A stretch of 64,000 nucleotides of DNA, taken from assembly GCA_965224085.1 (NCBI GenBank), contig CBDCYI010000009.1, positions 128,001 through 192,000 on the forward strand. The letters run 5' to 3'. The notes beneath the pieces are model-generated. The model saw only the letters and a program-made list of their open reading frames with translations, was not told the origin of the DNA and did no database searches. How positions within the stretch are numbered: position 1 is the first letter of the stretch; every line of letters starts with the position of its first letter. Origin of the DNA: Candidatus Marinacidobacterales bacterium (GTDB taxonomy: Bacteria > Acidobacteriota > Vicinamibacteria > Marinacidobacterales > SMYC01). A program made the position numbers and the translations under genes. Shown here one piece after another: positions 28,347 through 37,320 of the stretch.

Positions 28347-29759
28347 TCAGCGGGCGCCGACGATCCCCTTCACCGATTCCAGAATCTTCGGCGCGTCGTA
28401 GCCGACGCCGTCTTTGAACACAATGGTGGTGTTGCGAATGTCGGCCGGGTTCGCGATCGGATCGCCCTTTAGGACCACCAGGTCGGCGAGCTTGCCTTCG
28501 GAGACGGATCCCAGTCGATCGTATTCTCCTAGGATCCTTGCGCCGTTAGCGGTCATGATCTCGATCGCCTGAACGGGAGTGAAGCCGGCCTCAATCAGCA
28601 GCTCGAAATTGCGCTGATCCCCGAAGCCCGGAAGGGCTCCCCCGTTTCCCGTCGGGTCGACACCTGCCGCCAGAAGGCCGCCCGCGTCGGCGAAAGCCTT
28701 TTCGAAGGCCAGCACCCGCGTCCAGACCTGCGGCATGAAGGATTCGGGGGCCGATTCCTGCACGGCGCGGTGGCGCTCCAGAAAAGCCTCACGGACCTCG
28801 GGAGCCATGATCTCCAGCACGCGATCCTCGACCGGCCGCCCGGGGACCATCTGCTCGACGACGGCCAGGGTCGACGTCACCGCCACGCCTTTGTCCACCA
28901 TGCGCTGGATCAAGGATTTCACTTCGTCGCTCCCGATCTCGACGTTCGCGAGGCTAGCCCGCTGCGTGGGGGGGCAGACGTCCGGCTGCTTCGCGGGATC
29001 GAAGTCCGATGCGACGAGCAGCCCGTGCTCCAGGTTGTCGATACCCAGCTCGACGGCCTCGCCGAACGTCACCGAGCAGAGATGGCCGGTGAAGTTGATG
29101 CCCTGACGATGAGCCTCATCGATCGCGGCTTTCAGGTTCTCCCGGCTGATTCGGCTGTGGGCTTTGATCCACGTGGCGCCCTCCTCGACCCAGTAGCGCA
29201 CCATCCGGCGAGCGTCCTCGGGGGAGGAGGGTGAGTAGTTTCGAAGCCCCTCGCTCAGCCGCGGACCGGTGATGTGCATTCGGGGACCCACCAACTCGCC
29301 CGCCTCGATGCCTTTCTTCAAGTTGATCTCCGTGTAGGGCGACAGGCTTCCGGTGGTACGTATCGTCGTGAGACCGGACGCCAGGTAGATCCTGGGCGCG
29401 CTGAAGCTCAACGTCAGCCGCGCCCGAGCTCCCGCGTAGTCGGTGTGATCGTGCATGCCGACGAGACCGGGGATCACCGTGTGTCCGGTAAGATCCAGCA
29501 CCTCGGCTCCGCTCGGGACAGGGACCTCACTCGTAGCGCCGACGGCGGTGATCCGACCCCGTTCCACCACGATCGTCTGACCGGCCTGCGGAGGGGCGCC
29601 GGTGCCATCCACCACGCGGACGTTCGTCAGAGCGAAGACGGGAGCCCGAACGCGCACGAATTCCAACACGGCCAGCGAGAGCTCGTCGGCGAATTGAGAC
29701 CGGGCCACGTTGCTCTGGAAGGCGAGGATTGTGATAGCGAGAAAAATGACACGTCTCAT
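28347..29759 (-). CDS. Secreted amidohydrolase family protein
   Basis: Signal peptide, PGLVGMHDH, WIKAH, LEHG, GVDP, GKLADLVV. Confidence 0.92.
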   Translation of the reverse strand: MRRVIFLAITILAFQSNVARSQFADELSLAVLEFVRVRAPVFALTNVRVVDGTGAPPQAGQTIVVERGRITAVGATSEVPVPSGAEVLDLTGHTVIPGLVGMHDHTDYAGARARLTLSFSAPRIYLASGLTTIRTTGSLSPYTEINLKKGIEAGELVGPRMHITGPRLSEGLRNYSPSSPEDARRMVRYWVEEGATWIKAHSRISRENLKAAIDEAHRQGINFTGHLCSVTFGEAVELGIDNLEHGLLVASDFDPAKQPDVCPPTQRASLANVEIGSDEVKSLIQRMVDKGVAVTSTLAVVEQMVPGRPVEDRVLEIMAPEVREAFLERHRAVQESAPESFMPQVWTRVLAFEKAFADAGGLLAAGVDPTGNGGALPGFGDQRNFELLIEAGFTPVQAIEIMTANGARILGEYDRLGSVSEGKLADLVVLKGDPIANPADIRNTTIVFKDGVGYDAPKILESVKGIVGAR

Positions 29760-29836
29760 CGGTTCCTCCTGTACGCGAAACGCCGGCCGTTATGCTGGGT
29801 CTCCCGCCGCGCCCATCTTAGCCCGAAGCGCTCGGC

Positions 29837-29998
29837 GTCTGCGACGGCACCGGCCGCACGCACGATCACGAGAATCTATGGATTATCGGAGCACCGACCT
29901 GCGTGAGCTCGGGGTGTTTGAACAGCACGCTCACGTTCGTTGCGCTCAGCCTGCGGACCGCGACGTTTCTGGGTGAGGAGTTCCCCCGCAGAAGTTGA
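29837..29998 (+). pseudogene. GMC oxidoreductase C-terminal remnant
   Basis: Hand translation GRTHDHENLWIIGAPT..SGCLNSTLTFVALSLRTA. Confidence 0.7.
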
Positions 29999-30091
29999 GC
30001 GGTGGAGCCCTCACCCGCCACCCACCGCGCGCCCACCTCCCCCCTGGTTGGGGAGAGGCAATCTCACGGTTTCGCGTGGGCTTGCCACGCC

Positions 30092-31861
30092 TCAATATTT
30101 CCAGCTCGTCGTGTCCGCTCCCGCCGGGGCGTTTCGGGTGATGTCGTCCGCAATCACCGAAATGAACTCGGCGTAAGTAATCTGCCGCTCCGGCTCCACC
30201 GGACTGTGGCCAATCCAGGAGTGGCGTCCTCGAAACCCGTACTGAAACGTCGCACCCGCGGGTGGGTCGGTGGCCGAGTCGAGAAACTCCTGGACGAGAT
30301 AGACGGCCTCGTTGAGATAGTAGTTGTCCATCATGCCTACGGCGAAGTGCAGTTTTCCCAGAACCTTGGGACCGAGCGTGCTCCAGTCCCGCCGCAGGAT
30401 GTGGCTGAGGTCGTAGTTCTCGCGCCAGTATTCTGCCACTTCGGGGTAGATGTCTCCGCTCTCCGGATCCCAGAGCGGCTCGGGATAGCCGTCTTCGCCT
30501 ACCGAGCTGTACACCGCCTGCCACACGGCCCATTGCCCTCCCGAAATATCCTTCGGTCCCACGGTCTCCCCGTACGCGTACCAGTCGCGAACGGTGTAGT
30601 TCACCAGCCCGTCGATCTCTCTCTGGGCGGGGCGGGCCGTTCGCATCCACTCGTGCTCGTTGTAGAAGGCGTTTCGATCCTCGTAGATGTTCATCTGTAT
30701 GTTCTTGCGGAAGTCGATGGGGTCGGGCGCCCAGGGCCAGCTACCGGCGAAGAAATCGGGATAGAAGATCATCATCGCCGCCGCTTCCCAGCCTCCGGTG
30801 GATCGTCCGGACAGGACTCGCGCCCACGGCTCGCCGATGATGCGGAACTTCTCCTCGATGTGGGGAATCAGCTCTTCGATCAGAGCATCTCCATAAGGCC
30901 CGATGTTCGCCGAGTTGACCGAGTACGAGGTGTCGTAGAAGGGATTCGAGTCCCGGAACGTCACGACGATCACTTTGGGAGTTTCGCCGTTGGTCCAAGC
31001 CTCATAGAAGCCGTCGAGCTGATTGCCCACCCCGGGGTGCGTGGGCGTGTGTCCCTCAGTAAACCACTCCTCCGGGGACCACGGAACCGGCGTCAATCCA
31101 GAGGAGTGGCCCTGCAAGTAGAGAACCGGATAGTGCACGTCGGGGTGCTCGTCGTAGCCTTTGGGGAGGAGCACGTTGGCCCCGAGGTACATGTCCTGTC
31201 CCCAGAACTCCGAGACCTTCTCGCTCTTGATCTTCAGGTATTTGACCCACTCCGTATCGTCGTAGTTGCCCTGCTGGAGAAGTTCACCCTCGCTGAGCGG
31301 CCGGCGGGGAAGGATGACGTCGCTCAGCTCGAGAGCCACGGTCTGTGAGCCGCTCGCGGGAACGGAGACGCGCTGGAGCTCGCTGTAGGCGTTTCCAGGA
31401 GCCCGGAACGGCGACTGGTGAGCGCCGGAGTTGAGGTGCAGCTCGACGGTATGTCCGTCGGAACGGCGAAACGTCGTGTAGACATTGAGAAACGCCTGGA
31501 CGTAGTAGTCCCCGGGAGGAATCTCCGCCGTCGACTCGAGGGGGTAGCCGGCCACGCTGGGGTCCTCGTCCGAGATCGTGACGCGGCTTCCCGCACCGAA
31601 TCCGCGAACGTCCTTGCCCCAGAGCGGAACCCCTGTGGCCCCGGTCGAGAGTCGGGGCTCCGGGTCGCTGTTTCGGGAGACGATGGCGAAGGCCCTGCCG
31701 ACGGCGGGCACCTCGAGGCCCAGCTCGGAGATCTGGCGTCCGGCCTCCTCGGTGAGAGTGACCTCGAAACGAAGCTCGGGCCCTTCCCGGACGGGCCCGC
31801 AACCCCAGGCCGCGACACCAACGGAAACGACGAGTAACAGGCGGAAGAATCTCGACGGCAT
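30092..31861 (-). CDS. Putative esterase lipoprotein, paralog of 11383-13182
   Basis: AAGGAGG RBS, lipobox AWGC, GRSTGGW, GMMDNYY, GADTTSWKY end. Confidence 0.82.
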   Translation of the reverse strand: MPSRFFRLLLVVSVGVAAWGCGPVREGPELRFEVTLTEEAGRQISELGLEVPAVGRAFAIVSRNSDPEPRLSTGATGVPLWGKDVRGFGAGSRVTISDEDPSVAGYPLESTAEIPPGDYYVQAFLNVYTTFRRSDGHTVELHLNSGAHQSPFRAPGNAYSELQRVSVPASGSQTVALELSDVILPRRPLSEGELLQQGNYDDTEWVKYLKIKSEKVSEFWGQDMYLGANVLLPKGYDEHPDVHYPVLYLQGHSSGLTPVPWSPEEWFTEGHTPTHPGVGNQLDGFYEAWTNGETPKVIVVTFRDSNPFYDTSYSVNSANIGPYGDALIEELIPHIEEKFRIIGEPWARVLSGRSTGGWEAAAMMIFYPDFFAGSWPWAPDPIDFRKNIQMNIYEDRNAFYNEHEWMRTARPAQREIDGLVNYTVRDWYAYGETVGPKDISGGQWAVWQAVYSSVGEDGYPEPLWDPESGDIYPEVAEYWRENYDLSHILRRDWSTLGPKVLGKLHFAVGMMDNYYLNEAVYLVQEFLDSATDPPAGATFQYGFRGRHSWIGHSPVEPERQITYAEFISVIADDITRNAPAGADTTSWKY

Positions 31862-31918
31862 TGCGAACCTCCTTGGTCGGATGGCTAACGACGACTGCCG
31901 AAGCACGACTCCGAATCC

Positions 31919-33531
31919 TTACCATTCCAACATGTGCCGGACCTCGTCGTCGAGACCGGTCATCTCCCAGCGAGTGAGCGAAATCGGAATCATCCCCGAC
32001 GCCGCGAACTCATCGTGGAACGCGCCCAGGTCGAAATCCTTGCCCTTGATGCGATGCATATCCGTGATGAGACCTTCGACCTGGAGTTTCCCCAGCGTAT
32101 AACCGATACCGTAGGCCGGCTGACGCAGATAGAGCTCGAGGTCGAACCAGGCCACCTCGTCGTCGTCGCCCATCCAGTAGGGCGTCTCGCGAACCAGATG
32201 CTCGAACGCTTCGCGAAACGTCCATTCGTTGCTGTGCATCTTGAGCTCGGACGCTAGTCGAGCGGCCCGCTTGGCAAGGAGAATGTAGGTGATCTCCTTC
32301 GTCTTCGGCAGCTGGTCGAACCACCCCGTCTGCATCGTCATCTCCTCCAGGTAGGTGGCAAAGCCGTCGGCACGAACGCCCTGGATGAAGTATAGCCTCC
32401 TGGGTCCCCGAATGGTTCGTTCGTCTCGCTGGGCTCTCAGGCTGTCGAAGCGATGGCCGGGAAGATTGTGTGCCCGAAGCGGCCGCGGGTCGCGGTCACC
32501 GGCCTGTTGAAAGAAATGTTGCTGCCCCGGTCTTCGGTCGAAAGGCTCGAGCGATGACGGCGTGAGATAGTCGGGTATGGTCATGATTTTCTCATTGCGG
32601 AGAAAATCGAGAAGCTCCAACTCGGCCTGCTCGAAGCTCCGATGAAACGCTTCTGCGGTCGTCATCCGCTCCATCATCGGAGTGGCTCGGTTCTGGTGCT
32701 CTTCCATCTTCAGCAACGCGACGGTACGGTCCAGCTCCCGGTCCGCGATGACCATGATCTGGTCCCACGTGTACGGGAAGACGTGCACGTTGTTCAGATA
32801 CCAGTCGTAGTTGTCTCGGCCGACACCCGACGGGGCGGTCCATTGGCTCTGATTCTCTTCGAGCCAGCCGCGGAAGCTGTCGCAGGCCACTTTCGCCTTG
32901 TTCGCATCCCCGACCAGCTCCGGGTGATGCTCCGCGAGCTTCGAGACCAGCTCCGCGAAAATGGCACTCTCCTTCTTCTTCGCGCGGATGGCCAGCATGG
33001 TCAGATCCGCCGCCGGTTCGGTGAGATTGCCCCGGGCCTGCTCGAGGATTCGGGGAACTGCCTGGAGCTTCGCATGGAATTCCGTGAGCTCGTCGGCCGC
33101 GAGAGGGAGCTCCTGCGGGATACGGAGCGAGCCCTGCATCCGGGGACCGAACCCGAGATGCGTTACGATATAGAAGCCGGGATCGCGTGACCACGGGCGC
33201 ATGATGCGATGGTCGAAATCGAGCCCGTTCATCTCCGCGCGGACGATGATGTAGTCGACCTTTTGTGCTACGGACCACTCGCTGATGTCGAGGGCTTTGA
33301 GTCGAGCGAAGTGCTCCTTCAGCTCGTCGTGCCGCGCCTTCATTCCCGGCTCGGTGTAGTCCGGAACGTGGTTCACGAACTTCGGCTTCTGCATCTCCCG
33401 GAAATCGCGGAAGAGGTTGACCCCTCCTCGTAACTCTCGGATGAACTTGTCTCTTCGCCCAACGCGAACTGGGCTCCGCTCCATGCAACGGCTATGGAGG
33501 CGATGAACCATAAAACGGGTGTTCTTCTCAT
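31919..33531 (-). pseudogene. DUF885 family protein with a frameshift near 33422 separating the signal peptide
   Basis: AAGGAG RBS and MRRTPVLWFIASIAVAWSGAQFALG are in a different frame from the body (RPWSRDPGFY, FHDEF.ASGMIP). Confidence 0.8.
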
Positions 33532-33592
33532 GGCTTCACTCCTTTCCAATCTCAGACGGCCTAAAGCATACCGTCCCCGAGGTCGGGATTGC

Positions 33593-34345
33593 CTATTGGA
33601 TCAACCATCCCCCGTCGACGTACAAGATCGTGCCGGTAACGTAGTCGGCCTCGTCCGAAGCGATAAAGACAGCGGCGTTGGCGACGTCGCGAGGCTGTCC
33701 CACTCGACCCAGCGGGACCCGACTCAGGAGCATATGCCGCCGCTCCGGATCGGATAGCGAGCCCGCCGTCATCTTCGTCTCGATGACGCCGGGGCCGATG
33801 GCGTTCACGCGAATCCGGTGCGGTGCGAGGTCGAGAGCCATGGCTTTGGTCAGCATCAGAAGCCCGCCCTTGGACGAGACATAGTGCGCTTGTCCCTCGA
33901 GAGCCATTTCGGAGTTCACCGAGGCGATGTTGATGATAACCCCCGGCCACCCGCCGCGCACCATCTCCCGCGCAGCCGCCTGTCCGCAGAGATAGGCTCC
34001 CTTCAAATTGACATCGAGGATGCGGTCCCAATCCTCCTCGGGAAGCTCGAGAAACGGAACGAGGGTCTCCACCCCGGCGTTGCTAACGAGAATGTCGATC
34101 CGCCCGAAACGCTCCAGGGTCCTTGCCACCATGTCTTCGACCTGCGCACGGTCGCGCACGTCGGTCCGGGCCACCAGAGAGCGTCCATCACCGGCCTCGA
34201 TCGCATCGGCGGTCTCCCGGGCTCCGGCCTCGTCCACGTCGGCGATCACCACCGCGGCTCCCTCCTCCGCGAACCGCACGGCAATGCCGCGACCGTTGCC
34301 CGAGCCGGCACCGGTGACGATGGCCACTCGATCAGAAAGGCGCAC
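33593..34345 (-). CDS. SDR family oxidoreductase
   Basis: TGAGSGNG, SNAG, YVSSK, NAIGPG, VDGG; GTG start inferred. Confidence 0.92.
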   Translation of the reverse strand: MRLSDRVAIVTGAGSGNGRGIAVRFAEEGAAVVIADVDEAGARETADAIEAGDGRSLVARTDVRDRAQVEDMVARTLERFGRIDILVSNAGVETLVPFLELPEEDWDRILDVNLKGAYLCGQAAAREMVRGGWPGVIINIASVNSEMALEGQAHYVSSKGGLLMLTKAMALDLAPHRIRVNAIGPGVIETKMTAGSLSDPERRHMLLSRVPLGRVGQPRDVANAAVFIASDEADYVTGTILYVDGGWLIQ

Positions 34346-34531
34346 GTCAGCGCTGCCTCGTTGAGAAAACGGGCTTCGCCGGCAAACTTTCGTGCATGAT
34401 GGCGATCGGTATCTTCTCGGCGAGGCTTGCGCGGCGGGTGGCCGCCGCCTCCCACACCGTTGGCTGTGCACTGAGCAGGGAACCGCGGACCACCTTCACT
34501 ACGGCCGCGAGTTTCACCAGGCGCTCGAATT

Positions 34532-35905
34532 TCACAGGAGCCCTCTTCCACGAAGCTCGGCGAGCGAGCGACGGAACGCTTCCAGGATTGTTGCGACGTC
34601 ATCGTCGGTGTGCGCTGCCGAGAGGAGCCCGAAATGCGTATGGGGAAGGAACACCCCGTGTCGCGTCATGTGCAGGAAGAGCTCGCGGTAAGCAGCGGTA
34701 TTCTCACCCGCGAGATCTCGCGTCGATCGAACGGGTCGGTCGACGAACCGGGCCATGAACAACGAGCCGTCTCCCAGGACGGTCATCGGATAGCCTTCCT
34801 CCGCAATCATCTCCGAGAGCCCGTTGCGGAGCTTGTCTCCGAGCACGTTCAGGTGATCGTAGACTTCGGGATGCTCCTCGAGATACGAAACGACGGCAAT
34901 GCCCACCGCCATCACCGGCACGCACCCGTTGAACGTTCCGCCGTAGTAGGCGCGCTCCTCGAGATCCCGGGCCGGATCGCCGGTCGTTCCGAGCACAGCC
35001 ATCACCTCCTCGCCTCCCGCGACGACTCCCAGAGGAAGGCCGGCGCCGATGGCCTTGCTGTAGGTTGCGACGTCGGCATCGACGCCGTAGTAAGCCTGAG
35101 CCCCGCCGTGAGCGAGACGGAAGCCGGTGATGATCTCATCGATCAGCAGGAGGACATCGCACTCCCGGCACACGTTGCGCAGCTCGCGGAGGAAATCGCG
35201 CTCGGTGGGAATCGCGCCTCCCGCACCCTGGATCGCCTCCACCATCACGAGTGCCAGCTGGTCCTTCGAGCGCCGGATTTTCGCGAAGGCAGCGTCGTGG
35301 TTGAAAGGAAGGACGCTCGTGTGAGCCACGCTCTCGGAGGGAACGCCAATGGAATGACCATCGAAGCTGGGATCCTCCACCGGACCGGCCCTGTCCGGGG
35401 CGAATCCCACGCTTCCGAGCACGGCGTCGTACCAGCCGTGGTAGCCGCCTTCGAATTTCGTGATTCCCATCTTCCCGGTGACGGTTCGCGCGATGCGGAT
35501 CGCGTTCTGTGTCGCTTCAGAGCCCGAGTTGCAGAAGGTCACCTTGCTGGCACAAGGAATGGCTTCTACGAGAAGCTCGGCGAGCTCGACCTCTCTCGGA
35601 TGGGGCGTGCCGTAGCCAATGCCATCGGCAGCAGATTCGCGAATCGCTTCGAGCACGATCGGATGAGCATGCCCCAGCAGGTTGTAGCCGAATCCCAGAC
35701 AGCAATCGACGTACCTGTTGCCGTCCACGTCGAATAGATAAGCGCCTTCGCCTCTCGCGGCGAAAAAGGGATGGGGAGGTATGATGCGCGCCCGGCTGAC
35801 CGTGCCCGACGGCAGAACCTGGCGGGCCCGTTCGTAGATCTCACCGGACTTCGCGCGCGCCCGCTTCAGCTCGTCCAGGATATCGGGTTTCGGTACGGTG
35901 CTCAT
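34532..35905 (-). CDS. Class III PLP aminotransferase (GSA aminomutase-like)
   Basis: DVDGNRYVD, NSGSEA, FEGGYHG, DEIITGFR, SKAIGAGLP. Confidence 0.9.
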   Translation of the reverse strand: MSTVPKPDILDELKRARAKSGEIYERARQVLPSGTVSRARIIPPHPFFAARGEGAYLFDVDGNRYVDCCLGFGYNLLGHAHPIVLEAIRESAADGIGYGTPHPREVELAELLVEAIPCASKVTFCNSGSEATQNAIRIARTVTGKMGITKFEGGYHGWYDAVLGSVGFAPDRAGPVEDPSFDGHSIGVPSESVAHTSVLPFNHDAAFAKIRRSKDQLALVMVEAIQGAGGAIPTERDFLRELRNVCRECDVLLLIDEIITGFRLAHGGAQAYYGVDADVATYSKAIGAGLPLGVVAGGEEVMAVLGTTGDPARDLEERAYYGGTFNGCVPVMAVGIAVVSYLEEHPEVYDHLNVLGDKLRNGLSEMIAEEGYPMTVLGDGSLFMARFVDRPVRSTRDLAGENTAAYRELFLHMTRHGVFLPHTHFGLLSAAHTDDDVATILEAFRRSLAELRGRGLL

Positions 35906-35941
35906 GGCAATCTCTCCTCAACGTCTCGACGACGGTCACGA

Positions 35942-36049
35942 CTTGTGGCGTTCCAACTTGTTCCGCCTAATTCCGGCGTCGCGCACGGCAACAGACTCGA
36001 GTCTCTTCGGATGAGTTTGTTTAGGGCCAAATAGTTGGAACGGCACTAG
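35942..36049. mobile_element. 108-bp MITE
   Basis: CTTGTGGCGTTCCAACT...AGTTGGAACGGCACTAG, 15/17 inverted match; no ORF. Confidence 0.7.
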
Positions 36050-37218
36050 TCGCGAAGAAGCTGCGCTGCGATGACCAGCTGCTGGATCTCGCTGGTACCT
36101 TCATAGATTCTGAGGGCTCGTACTTCGCGGTACAGACGTTCGACCTCGAATCCCCGGGTGACTCCGGCGCCACCGTGGATCTGGACCGCCTGGTCGATGA
36201 CCCGCTGAGCGGCTTCCGTTGCATAGAGCTTTGCCTGGGAGCTCTCGAGCGTCAGCCGTGGCTTGGTGCCGGCATCCCGCATAAGGGCGGCGCGATAGAC
36301 GAGGAGCCGGGAGGCAGCAAGCTCGGTAGCCATCGTGGCGAGCTTGAGCTGCACCGCCTGGAACTCGGAGATCTTCTTGCCGAACGCTTCTCGCTTCTTC
36401 ACATGTTCGAGCGACTCATCGAGAGCTCTTTGTGCGAAGCCGACCGCACAGGCACCGACGGTGGTGCGAAAGAAGTCGAGCGTCGCCATCGCAACCTTGA
36501 AGCCGTCGTTCTCCTCGCCAATGCGGTTGTCGAGAGGAACGCGACAGTCCGTGAACACCGGCTCACCAATCGGGTGCGGCGCGAGAAGCTCGATACGCCT
36601 GCCCGGGTCGAAACCGGGAATTCCTTTCTCGACGATGAATGCCGAGATGCCTTTGTTGCCAGCGTCCGGATCGGTCTTCGCGAAAACGGTATACAAATCG
36701 GCGTCCGGCGCCATGCTGATGAGCGTTTTTCGTCCGTTCAGCACGTAGTGATCGGACTCTTGACGCGCTTCCAGAGCGAGCGCGGCCACGTCCGAGCCGG
36801 TATGCGGCTCGGTCAGAGCAAAGGCGGCGACGAGCTCGCCGCTCGCAACGCGGGGAAGGAAACGGCGCTTCTGCTCGTCGTTCCCGCGGAAAGAGATGGG
36901 ACCGGCTCCGAGTCCTTGCATGGTGAAGATGAGCTCGGCGTTGGGACAGTGCCGGGCCAGCGTCTCGCGGACGAGGCAGAACGAGACCAGCGACATCGGA
37001 TCGGGGGCCTCGAGGGCGCCGTTGCCGGTGCCGAACGCGCCGGGAACGGTCCAGTCGAGAAGCCCTTCCCGGGCCAGACAGCCGACGATCTCCCGGTCGA
37101 CGGTGTCGGTCTCCCCGGCCTGGCGATCCAGCTCGCCCAATCGACCCCGGCACAGCACTTCCGTTCTCGCTCGAAGCTCCCTCTGGTGCTCGTCTACGAG
37201 CGACAGTACGAATTCCAT
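36046..37218 (-). CDS. Acyl-CoA dehydrogenase
   Basis: FALTEPHTGSD, LNGRK, REAFGKKI, QIHGGAG, IYEGTSEIQ. Confidence 0.95.
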   Translation of the reverse strand: MEFVLSLVDEHQRELRARTEVLCRGRLGELDRQAGETDTVDREIVGCLAREGLLDWTVPGAFGTGNGALEAPDPMSLVSFCLVRETLARHCPNAELIFTMQGLGAGPISFRGNDEQKRRFLPRVASGELVAAFALTEPHTGSDVAALALEARQESDHYVLNGRKTLISMAPDADLYTVFAKTDPDAGNKGISAFIVEKGIPGFDPGRRIELLAPHPIGEPVFTDCRVPLDNRIGEENDGFKVAMATLDFFRTTVGACAVGFAQRALDESLEHVKKREAFGKKISEFQAVQLKLATMATELAASRLLVYRAALMRDAGTKPRLTLESSQAKLYATEAAQRVIDQAVQIHGGAGVTRGFEVERLYREVRALRIYEGTSEIQQLVIAAQLLRD

Positions 37219-37320
37219 GAAGACTTCCTTTTCTTTGTTAGCTTTTTGAATGTACCATTAATAATGAACTACTAATAATGATGATGATGAACAGTTTTCT
37301 ACTGACTAGTTAGTTAGCTA

